Shown in pieces: positions 1 through 7,969 of a DNA stretch of 64,000 bases. Numbering within the stretch: position 1 is the stretch's first letter; every line of letters begins with the position of its first letter. The notes beneath the pieces are model-generated. The model did not search any database. It was not told where the DNA came from and saw only the letters and a program-made list of their open reading frames with translations. The translations under genes and the position numbers were made by a program. This DNA is from Candidatus Parcubacteria bacterium (lineage in GTDB: Bacteria; Patescibacteriota; Patescibacteriia; Patescibacteriales; UBA12075), in NCBI GenBank assembly GCA_963814275.1, contig CAWFCE010000002.1, positions 362,537-426,536 on the forward strand. The letters run 5' to 3'.

Positions 1-92
1 AGAGGGTCGCGGGAGACTACCGCGTTGATAGGCTCTAGGTGTAAGTCCCGTAAGGGATTGAGCCGAGGAGTACTAATCACCCCTTTGATTTT
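1..92 (+). rRNA. rrl: 23S rRNA, 3'-terminal fragment (rest lies upstream of window)
   Basis: By-eye match to the conserved bacterial 23S 3' end (..CGTTGATAGGC..GTGTAAG..TTGAGC..GTACTAATCA..). A spacer and the 5S gene follow. The 3' boundary is approximate. Confidence 0.8.
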
Positions 93-115
93 CCCACATT
101 TTTTGTTTGAAACCG

Positions 116-201
116 CAATTAACAGTTAACCTTTAACAATTAACCCTGTAATTTTGACAGGAAAACATTTGTTATTTTTGCTAATTGTTAACTGTTAATT
201 G
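116..201 (+). repeat. 23S-5S spacer hairpin with a perfect 15-bp inverted repeat
   Basis: CAATTAACAGTTAAC (116-130) is the exact reverse complement of GTTAACTGTTAATTG (187-201). Confidence 0.85.
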
Positions 202-213
202 TCAAAAGTTATT

Positions 214-358
214 AAAAAACTCCACTTTTCTGGTGGTATTAGCGGTAGGGTCACACCTGATCCCATCCCGAACTCAGAAGTTAAGCCTACCAGCGCCGAT
301 GGTACTTGGGTTTTAACCCTGGAAGAGTAGGTCGCCGCCAGAACAGTGGAGTTTTTTT
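214..358 (+). other. 5S precursor stem / terminator enclosing the 5S gene
   Basis: AAAAAACTCCACT (214-226) pairs with AGTGGAGTTTTTT (345-357), extending 5S helix I. The 3' arm ends in a U-run. Confidence 0.6.
228..343 (+). rRNA. rrf: 5S rRNA
   Basis: 116 nt. Helix I is TTCTGGTGG / GCCGCCAGAA. Conserved CCCATCCCGAACTCAGAAGTTAAGC and GAGTAGGTCGCC blocks are present, and the gene lies directly downstream of the 23S tail. Confidence 0.9.
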
Positions 359-635
359 GTACATAATTTTGTTTATCGGAGCATCCGGAAAGAGCATGCC
401 CCGTGATTGCGAAGCAATTTTACGGGGTAGGCCGCCCGCGTAGAAACGCTTTGCGTTCACGCGGCACGCGCCAGAACAGTGGAGTTTTTTTGTACACGCA
501 AATGTACAAATTTCAGTACAAATATACAAATAATTTACAAAGGATTATCGCTTATGTTGTAATTTGTATATTTGTTTACGATTTGTGCATTCGCGTGAAA
601 TGCCTTGTAATAATTATAATCAGGAAACCAAATAC

Positions 636-665
636 AAAAAACCACCCATTACAGGATGGTTTTTT
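636..665. terminator. A/U-flanked hairpin, possible bidirectional terminator
   Basis: AAAAAACCACCC (636-647) pairs with GGATGGTTTTTT (654-665) with one mismatch. It lies just downstream of the small minus-strand ORF at 695-814. Confidence 0.5.
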
Positions 666-694
666 GGTTTGCAAACAAATGATATTGAACTTTG

Positions 695-814
695 CTAGCC
701 GCCGGCGCTGATCTTCACGAAGGCCGCGAACATGATCATCATGAAGCCGCCCAAGCACATACCGATGAAAAACGCCCAGAACACTACATTGTACGGATTG
801 ATTTTCTTGGACAT
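695..814 (-). CDS. small hydrophobic peptide (39 aa), hypothetical
   Basis: Hand translation gives MSKKINPYNVVFWAFFIGMCLGGFMMIMFAAFVKISAGG, with one predicted TM helix. It forms a GC-rich island in AT-rich DNA and is followed by the 636-665 hairpin. No clear SD. It is below the ORF-track length cutoff. Confidence 0.35.
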   Translation of the reverse strand: MSKKINPYNVVFWAFFIGMCLGGFMMIMFAAFVKISAGG

Positions 815-1273
815 ACGATCTAATGAAGAAAAGAATTATTAACAGATATTAACAACTATATTAATTATACTATATTTTGGCAAGTTTGTGAAGAACAAGA
901 GTATAGTTGGGGATAAGTTGTTAATTGATAAAATAATATTGACAAAATAATTAATTATTTTATTTAAAATAAGTTAAAAATAAACAAAATATAAATTATT
1001 GTAGAAAATATATTGACAGAATATTTATTTATTGCAATAATGTAATTACAAGCTCTTTCCAAAAAAATCAATTAAAGCAGATTTATCGGTTTTATAACGC
1101 ATGTGGCTTTATTCACTTTCGCGCTGTATCTTCACCCAGCACTCCTTATATATGCTATATGCCATTTAAAACCTATAATCTGCTTTATTCATCAATCTTA
1201 CGGGGGCATTTTTTTTACATCTATGCCCCCTCCCCTTTTTTAGAAAGATTTAATATACAGTAAACATCATGTT

Positions 1274-2014
1274 ATGGATTACACGGTATTAAAAAAAATC
1301 GGTTTAACCGATAAAGAATTAAATGTCTATATCGCCCTATTGAAAAATGGCGCGACCTCGGTACGTGGCTTGGCGGAAATAGTCGAATTAAACCGGGGAA
1401 CGGTTTATGATACTTTAAAAAAGCTTCAGGAATTAGGTTTGGCCGGTTTTTATCACCACGGCAGCAAACAGAAATTCGTGGCTGAAGACCCGGACAAGCT
1501 CATTAAATTGGTAGAAACGCAGGAAGATAAATTGAAGCATATTAAGAATTCCCTTGATGAACTGGTGCCGGAATTACGTTCAGTGAGGGGCAAGGAGGGT
1601 AATCAGCCGACGACCAAGTTCTATGACGGCCGGGCTGGTGTGCGCTATATTCTGGAGGATGTGCTGTACTGCTTGGAAAAAACTGAGCTTAAGGAATATT
1701 ATGTTTATTCGGCCAAAAAAGGAAGCGATGACCTGAATGGCGCTTATCCGGATTTTACCCGGGACCGTATCAGAAAAAAGATCGCTGTTAAAGTGATCTC
1801 TCTCGCCGAAGGAGGAGGATTGAACGGCTTGGATGAGCGCCGCTGGCTCGGGACAAACGACGAATCAGCGACATTTATCCTGATTTATGCGAACAAATGC
1901 GCCTTCATATCCCATGATAACCTGGGCAAGCCGGTCGGAGTGATCGTGGAAAATTCCTTGATCTATGAAACGCAAAAAACGATATTTCTACAACTGTGGA
2001 AATTGTTGAAATAA
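1274..2014 (+). CDS. TrmB-family HTH transcriptional regulator
   Basis: The N-terminus LKKIGLTDKELNVYIALLKNGATSVRGLAEIVELNRGTVYDTLKKLQELGL is a typical TrmB winged helix. Confidence 0.8.
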   Translation: MDYTVLKKIGLTDKELNVYIALLKNGATSVRGLAEIVELNRGTVYDTLKKLQELGLAGFYHHGSKQKFVAEDPDKLIKLVETQEDKLKHIKNSLDELVPELRSVRGKEGNQPTTKFYDGRAGVRYILEDVLYCLEKTELKEYYVYSAKKGSDDLNGAYPDFTRDRIRKKIAVKVISLAEGGGLNGLDERRWLGTNDESATFILIYANKCAFISHDNLGKPVGVIVENSLIYETQKTIFLQLWKLLK

Positions 2015-2212
2015 ATGTCGAGGCGAGACAAACATATCAGAAAAAATAATTATTAAATTATAATAATATTTTAATGAAAATATAGTTAAATATAGTTATT
2101 ACTAAATTATATTTTCATTACAATTTCATACAGCATCACCGGAAAATCAGCCAATATTGCGAGACAAAGCAATAGAGAGGAAAAATTAAGAAATAAACAG
2201 AAGAATATTCCT

Positions 2213-3175
2213 ATGGAAAAAATAGTTACAATCGGAGGCGGCACCGGCAGTTTTGTCCTATTAAGCGGCCTCAAGAATTTCCCGGTGGAGCTGTCCGCTA
2301 TCGTCAGTATGGCGGATGACGGCGGTTCGACCGGTATATTGCGGGATGAAATGGGGGTTTTGCCGCCCGGTGATATCCGGCAGTGCCTGGTGGCTTTGTC
2401 CGGTTCGAGTCTGCGCCTGCGCCAGCTGTTCAACTACCGTTATTATAATGGCAGCTTATCCGGCCATAGTTTCGGCAACTTGTTCCTGTCGACTTTGGAA
2501 AAATTAACCGGTAGTTTCGAAGAAGCGATTGTAGAAGCGGGAAAGATCCTGGATATAAACGGGCAAGTCATACCGGTAACTCTTAAAAAAACGAAGCTGA
2601 TCGCCCGACTGAAGGATGGCAAAACCATTGTCGGCCAGTATAATATACAAACTACGGACATAATGGCTCTGGATACGATCGCCTTGAAACCCAAGGCGAT
2701 TATCAGCGTTGCCGCCCGGGACGCGATCCGCGAAGCCGATAAGATCGTTATCTGTCCGGGCAATCTGCATACCAGCATAATGCCTAATTTGTTGGTCGGG
2801 GGCATATGCCGGGAGATCCGCCGCGCGAGGGCCAGGAAGATATATGTCGCGAATATAATGACGGAAAAGGGGCAGACCGAAGGCTATACTGTGGCCGATT
2901 TTATTATCAAACTGGAAGATTTTTTGGGCAAAGGTATATTCGATTACGTGGTTTATAACAAAGCCAAGCCCTTGCCTTTACTGATGAAGCGTTATCGGCG
3001 GGAAGGCAATGAACTGGTCGAACCGGGCGATTTGGGCCAATTTAAAAAAATTAAATTTGTTAAAAGTGATTTACTTAAACCGCCGGAAATGAAACCGGTC
3101 AAAGGCGATAAGATAGTCCGTTCTTATGTCCGGCATGATAGCGCCAAAATCGCGAAAATTATTTGTAAATTATAA
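2213..3175 (+). CDS. YvcK/CofD-family (UPF0052) gluconeogenesis/cell-shape factor
   Basis: Contains IGGGTGSFVLLSGLK...VSMADDGGSTGILRDE..LPPGDIRQCLVALS, the hallmark of the YvcK/CofD family. Confidence 0.9.
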   Translation: MEKIVTIGGGTGSFVLLSGLKNFPVELSAIVSMADDGGSTGILRDEMGVLPPGDIRQCLVALSGSSLRLRQLFNYRYYNGSLSGHSFGNLFLSTLEKLTGSFEEAIVEAGKILDINGQVIPVTLKKTKLIARLKDGKTIVGQYNIQTTDIMALDTIALKPKAIISVAARDAIREADKIVICPGNLHTSIMPNLLVGGICREIRRARARKIYVANIMTEKGQTEGYTVADFIIKLEDFLGKGIFDYVVYNKAKPLPLLMKRYRREGNELVEPGDLGQFKKIKFVKSDLLKPPEMKPVKGDKIVRSYVRHDSAKIAKIICKL

Positions 3176-3213
3176 AATAAAAGGGGGAGGTTTTTTATCC
3201 AAGGAGGAAAATA

Positions 3214-3399
3214 ATGGCTAGTCAAATAGAAAATCAGGTTATGGTTGTCCCGGTAAATTTTAGAGTAAATATAAACGTACCGAGAAGTGATTTTAGAAGC
3301 CAAGCATATTTGGCAAAATGTCAGGATATTGCAGCAAAGATTAAGGCGATGGGAATTGAAGAAGTAAGCATCGAAGCACCTTTAACGCCACAAGAATAA
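3214..3399 (+). CDS. hypothetical small protein (61 aa)
   Basis: A strong SD (AAGGAGGAAAATA) precedes the ATG. It is co-directional with its neighbours. No recognisable motif. Confidence 0.5.
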   Translation: MASQIENQVMVVPVNFRVNINVPRSDFRSQAYLAKCQDIAAKIKAMGIEEVSIEAPLTPQE

Positions 3400-3428
3400 T
3401 AAAAGACCTCCTCCCTCTTTTATTATAA

Positions 3429-4187
3429 ATGTCAGAAAAATCAAAAATTGTTATTTTAGCCGCCGGCCAAGGCAAGCGTATGCAAAGCGCTTTACCGAAA
3501 GCGCTGGTGCCGTTTCGCGGCCGGCCCATGATCGAATATGCAGTTGAGGCCGTAAAATCATCCGGAATCGATGGACGGCCGGTCATAGTCGTGGCGCCGG
3601 ATAATAACTCTGCCATATCGGCGGCATTGGATGGATATGATTGCGAATATGCCCTGCAGGATAAACCGCTCGGCACCGGCCACGCGCTGAAATGCGCCCT
3701 GCCGCTGATACCGGATAATATTGCCCGGGTAGCATGTCTGTATAGCGACCATCCGTTAGTCACAGCCGACACTATTATCAGGCTCGAGAATCAATGCGCC
3801 GGAGAAATCACCGTTACCACGACGGAAATACCGGACTTTGCCGATTGGCGGCAAAGTTTTTTGATGTGGGGCAGAATAATGCGCGAGAATGGAAAGATCA
3901 CTGCGATTGTGGAATACCGCGATGCCACGCCAGCGGTGAAGGATTTGAAAGAATTGAATGTCGGTTTTTATTGCTTCGATTTTATCTGGCTTAAAAATAA
4001 TATCTCCCTCCTGGAACCGGCCAATGCCCAGCGGGAATATTACCTGACCGACCTGGTCCGTATCGCCCAGCGCCAGGGATTAGAGATAAATTCGTTTGCC
4101 ATTCCGCCCGAAGAAGCAGTCGGCATCAATACGCGTGAGGAGTTGCAAAATATCGAAAATATGCTAAAATCCCGGAAAAGCCTTTAA
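3429..4187 (+). CDS. sugar-phosphate nucleotidyltransferase (GlmU N-terminal-domain-like)
   Basis: ILAAGQGKRMQSALPKALVPFRGRPMIEYAV...QDKPLGTGHAL is the nucleotidyltransferase signature. No acetyltransferase LbH domain is present. Confidence 0.85.
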   Translation: MSEKSKIVILAAGQGKRMQSALPKALVPFRGRPMIEYAVEAVKSSGIDGRPVIVVAPDNNSAISAALDGYDCEYALQDKPLGTGHALKCALPLIPDNIARVACLYSDHPLVTADTIIRLENQCAGEITVTTTEIPDFADWRQSFLMWGRIMRENGKITAIVEYRDATPAVKDLKELNVGFYCFDFIWLKNNISLLEPANAQREYYLTDLVRIAQRQGLEINSFAIPPEEAVGINTREELQNIENMLKSRKSL

Positions 4188-4215
4188 CCTATAATGACAC
4201 AATAAGGAGGTCTGA

Positions 4216-4785
4216 ATGATGAGATCAAGCAAGTGGCTACTTGTTCTTTTTTTAGCTATTTTCGGTTGTATCCCGATAAATGCCGTTTCGCCTCCGGCTA
4301 GCGGGATAGTAGTCGGGCCGGTAGAGTCAGAAACCAGTGAGTTTCCGGCCGAGACCCTGGCTCTTTACGGCATTCTATATAACGGCGATCGGCCCTATGA
4401 AGCCGTGCCGGTTATGATCAGGATCGAGGCCATCGCTAACCTGGGGACGGATGGGCGGCATAGGGCGGCTTATGTCCGCGCGTTTCTGGATGATTTCCGG
4501 GAGTATATGAAAATTACCCATGGGTTCAGGACATATCGGGAATTGTCGCGGCGGGAAAGAAGCGCAATCGGATTCTGCCCGGCCAGGATATCGGTCGGTT
4601 TCCGTGCCTGGGGCAACGAAGCAAAAGCGGTCGTAAAATTGGAAATAAACGGTAAAATTTTCAATAAACTGGAAAGGAATGAAGGTCGGAAAAAATTCTT
4701 GAAAATGCTAAGCCGGGAATTGGAGGGCCGTATTTATGAGGCTTACAATATAACTTTTCAAAAAGGAAAAATACCGCGATGGTAA
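4216..4785 (+). CDS. putative lipoprotein, hypothetical
   Basis: An SD (AAGGAGG) is present. The signal peptide has a lipobox-like LAIFGC. Confidence 0.5.
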   Translation: MMRSSKWLLVLFLAIFGCIPINAVSPPASGIVVGPVESETSEFPAETLALYGILYNGDRPYEAVPVMIRIEAIANLGTDGRHRAAYVRAFLDDFREYMKITHGFRTYRELSRRERSAIGFCPARISVGFRAWGNEAKAVVKLEINGKIFNKLERNEGRKKFLKMLSRELEGRIYEAYNITFQKGKIPRW

Positions 4786-4881
4786 TGTAAACAGGTGCGC
4801 CAATCAGCTTTGGGCGCACCTTTTTAATTTGTTTTTAAAGGGTGAAAATGGTAAAATAGAACTATAATTTTTGATCGAATA

Positions 4882-5973
4882 GTGATGAAAAAATCGAAAT
4901 ACAACCATTCTATGATCCGGGAAATCCACGACCAGCCGTGGGTGATCAAGAATCTGGCCGGCAAATATATCCGGGAGAGTAAAATAGTATTACCGCAATT
5001 CAGGGAATTCCAGGAAAGGTTTTCCGCCACCGAAAGGTTCATATTTTGGGGGATCGGCAGTTCTTATCATGCCGCCCTTTATGCCAATTATCTTTTCGAG
5101 GATATTACCGGATTACCCTGTGAATGCGAACCGGCCGATGAAGCAATCAGCCGCCGGCCAGTGATCGAACCATCGACTACAATAGTCGTGATCAGCCAAT
5201 CGGGAGAGACCACTGACGTGATCGAAGCGATCAAATTGGCCAAAATGAGCAAAGCGTTTATAATCGCCGTTACCAATAACCCCGATTCGACGATCGGCAG
5301 TTTAGCCGAGGTTTCACTTCCTACGGAAGCAGGTGAAGAGAAGGCAGTGGCCGCAACGAAAACCTTGACCAGCCAGCTTTTTATCCTGGCGCTCTTGGCG
5401 CTTTATACGGACCAGCTCAAACATCCGGATCGGACGGAAAATCTGCTCGCGCCGGAACTTAAGACTTTGCATCAGAAACTGGCCATGGTGCTGATGTTCG
5501 AGTCTAAGATCGCGAAAATAGCGGCAAAGTCAATTCAAGGAGAACATTTATATCTGCTTGGCCGGAAGTATCATTATCCGATCGCCCTTGAAGGGGCGCT
5601 TAAGTTCAAAGAAACGTCATACCTGCACGCCGAAGGTTTTGCGGCTGAAGAGCTGCGCCACGGGCCGATCGCGGCGATAGAAAAACGAATGCCGGTTATC
5701 TGTCTGATGCCCCAGGACAGCGTATACCAGAATAATCTGGTCGTTTTGCGCGATCTTTTGGCGATTGGCGCGGTACCGATAGTTGTTACCACGCAAGGCA
5801 ACGAAGAATTACGGACCTCGCTTGGCCAGGTAATAACGGTTCCCCCCGCAATGGAAACGGTAACACCCATACTTTCCGTCGTAGTCCTCCAGCTTTTAGC
5901 TTATCACCTGGCAGTCGAGCGCAACTTACCGGTCGACCAGCCGCGCTATATCCATAAGTATTTGAAAAAATGA
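4882..5973 (+). CDS. SIS-domain sugar isomerase (GlmS isomerase-half-like, no glutaminase domain)
   Basis: Two SIS modules are present, with VISQSGETTDVIEAIKLAK and EGALKFKETSYLHAEGFAAEELRHGPIA. The start is GTG 4882 or ATG 4885. Confidence 0.85.
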   Translation: MMKKSKYNHSMIREIHDQPWVIKNLAGKYIRESKIVLPQFREFQERFSATERFIFWGIGSSYHAALYANYLFEDITGLPCECEPADEAISRRPVIEPSTTIVVISQSGETTDVIEAIKLAKMSKAFIIAVTNNPDSTIGSLAEVSLPTEAGEEKAVAATKTLTSQLFILALLALYTDQLKHPDRTENLLAPELKTLHQKLAMVLMFESKIAKIAAKSIQGEHLYLLGRKYHYPIALEGALKFKETSYLHAEGFAAEELRHGPIAAIEKRMPVICLMPQDSVYQNNLVVLRDLLAIGAVPIVVTTQGNEELRTSLGQVITVPPAMETVTPILSVVVLQLLAYHLAVERNLPVDQPRYIHKYLKK

Positions 5974-6027
5974 TTTATCTAGTAAGGCTAAAGCCGAATA
6001 AAAATCAATTGGGTTAATGATATTTTT

Positions 6028-7344
6028 ATGCGGCAAATAGCTGACTTACATATCCACAGCAAATATTCCCGGGCTTGCTCGAAAGAACTGGACCTAATGA
6101 ATATTGACCGGGTCTGCCGGATCAAGGGGGTTGATATCATCGCTACCGGCGATTTTACGTTTCCCGATTATTTCCGGCAAATTAAGGATTCATTGATTCC
6201 TTTGGACGGAGGGAGCAGTGATAAAGGCGAACTTTATACTTTGAAAAATGCGGCCGATGACAAGATCAAGTTTGTGTTGGCAACCGAAGTGGCTTTGATC
6301 TACAAAAAATTCGACAAGGTCAGGCGGCTCCATATCGTAGTCCAGGCGCCGAATATCGAAGCGGCGGAGGAGCTTAACAATTATCTGGACAAGCATTACA
6401 ATATCCGTTCCGACGGACGGCCGATATTGGGGATGAATGCGGAGGAGCTTATGAAAATATGTCTCGGCATACATCCCCGTTTTCTCATTTACCCCGCGCA
6501 TATTTGGACGCCCTGGTTCTCTGTATTCGGTTCCAAGTCCGGATTTGATTCGATGGAAGAATGTTTCGGGGAATACGAAAAAGATATATACGCCTATGAG
6601 ACCGGCTTGTCGAGCGACCCGGAGATGAACTGGCGTCTATCCGCTTTGGACAAATTAACCCTCCTTTCCAATTCAGATGCCCACTCCCTGCCCAATATCG
6701 CCCGGGAAGCGAATGTATTCGAACTAAAAGCTGTATCTTATGACGAGATTTATAATGTGATAACACGTCAGGGCGTAGCGCGCTGCGCCCCTATGGATAC
6801 GGGTAATAATGAAAACGTGAAGTCATATCTGGACTACACGATCGAATTCTACCCCGAGGAAGGGATGTACCATTTTGACGGGCATCGTGTTTGCGGCATC
6901 CGGTTTACTCCGGAAGAATCGAAGAGACACAAGGGCATCTGCCCCGTGTGTAAAAAACCGCTGGTGATCGGGGTGATGAACCGCGTTGACGAGCTCGCTG
7001 ACCGGCCCGCCGGTTTCAAACCAAAGGGCGTTCCGGGCTACAGGAAACTGGTTGAGCTTGATAAGATAGTCGCCGCAGCGCTGGGCATCAAAAGCCGCAG
7101 TTCGCAGAAGGTGCAGGCCGAATACAACAATATAATCCGCCAGGCCGGATCAGAAATGGCCGTACTCCTGGATCTTCCCCTGGATAAGCTGAAAGAAATT
7201 ACTACCGCCGAAGTCGTTCTGGGAGTGAGCAGGGTACGGGAAGGATCGCTTACGGTAGAACCAGGATTCGACGGCCAATACGGGAGGGTAAAGATATTCA
7301 GTGACAGAGAAAAGGAAAACAATAAACAGCCGGAATTACTATAA
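6028..7344 (+). CDS. endonuclease Q-like PHP-domain nuclease
   Basis: Contains DLHIHSKYSRACS, ATGDF, PAHIWTPW, ETGLSSDPEMNW, LSNSDAHS..IAREANVFE, and the zinc ribbon CPVCKKPLVIGVMNRVDELADRP. The order of these motifs matches the EndoQ family. Confidence 0.75.
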   Translation: MRQIADLHIHSKYSRACSKELDLMNIDRVCRIKGVDIIATGDFTFPDYFRQIKDSLIPLDGGSSDKGELYTLKNAADDKIKFVLATEVALIYKKFDKVRRLHIVVQAPNIEAAEELNNYLDKHYNIRSDGRPILGMNAEELMKICLGIHPRFLIYPAHIWTPWFSVFGSKSGFDSMEECFGEYEKDIYAYETGLSSDPEMNWRLSALDKLTLLSNSDAHSLPNIAREANVFELKAVSYDEIYNVITRQGVARCAPMDTGNNENVKSYLDYTIEFYPEEGMYHFDGHRVCGIRFTPEESKRHKGICPVCKKPLVIGVMNRVDELADRPAGFKPKGVPGYRKLVELDKIVAAALGIKSRSSQKVQAEYNNIIRQAGSEMAVLLDLPLDKLKEITTAEVVLGVSRVREGSLTVEPGFDGQYGRVKIFSDREKENNKQPELL

Positions 7345-7543
7345 TTACTGTTAAAAATCCAAACAAACCTCGGAAGTTGCAAAAATCCGAGGTTTTTAAT
7401 ATAAAATATTTTAACTTAAACTTAATTGCTCGGTGGTAATCTAAAAAAGGATAGGTATATACGTTTTGGGGGCTTTGTTATATTTATATTTTATCTAATA
7501 TTAGTTAATTATTTAATTTGTACAAAAAAACCGCAAATTATAC

Positions 7544-7572
7544 TTGACAACATCAGATAAGTATGCTAATAT
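7544..7572 (+). promoter_or_regulatory. sigma70-type promoter
   Basis: TTGACA (7544-7549), a 17-nt spacer, then TAATAT (7567-7572). Confidence 0.65.
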
Positions 7573-7579
7573 AGTATGA

Positions 7580-7719
7580 TTTAGTAAAACACAAAAAGAC
7601 CGGCTGCTACGGGTCAGGCACGACAAGCATGGGGATTTTCTATTCTGGTTAATTTGGTTCTAGAACTGAGTTTTTCCAGAAGGAGATTTCTTGCCTGCCC
7701 GTATTAGCTGGTCTTTTTT
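7580..7719 (+). ncRNA. candidate structured small RNA of unknown class
   Basis: A ~26-bp closing helix forms between 7593-7620 and 7692-7718, with several G-U pairs that are valid only on the + strand. It ends in a U-run. It has its own promoter and no downstream + strand gene. Confidence 0.45.
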
Positions 7720-7800
7720 ATTTGAGAATAATTATAGATGTGTTATTCAGCCTATACGCCGCTTATCATAGTCCGATGAGAAAAAATTCTGAATCATAAT

Positions 7801-7904
7801 ATCCAAATCCCAAACAAATTCCAATGACTAAAATTCTAATGCTCTAAAAATATATTTAAAATTTGAAGCAGTGGAATTTTGAATTTGTTTAGAGTTTAGG
7901 ATTT
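7801..7904. repeat. imperfect inverted word-repeat pair downstream of the VanW gene stop
   Basis: ATCCAAATCCCAAACAAATTCCAATGAC (7801-7828) pairs loosely with GTGGAATTTTGAATTTGTTTAGAGTTTAGGATTT (7871-7904). Shared blocks are AAATCC, AAACAAATTC and TTCCA. Confidence 0.5.
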
Positions 7905-7969
7905 AGTGCTTATAATTTTGCGCGCGAATAGCAGGGATATTTTATAAACTCGAAAATTGATCCATAGTC

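Noticed and set aside
287-758. Track ORFs 287-529 (-), 403-711 (+) and 576-758 (-) around the 5S gene.
   Set aside because: They overlap the 5S rRNA, its duplicated tail and terminator hairpins. They have no RBS and give nonsense-like translations.
7580-7719. Assigning the sRNA candidate to SRP (4.5S) RNA because of a GGUCAGG block.
   Set aside because: The adjacent sequence does not form the conserved helix-8 loops or a GNRA tetraloop (CACGACAAGC instead of UCCGGAAGGAAGCAGC). The class is left unassigned.
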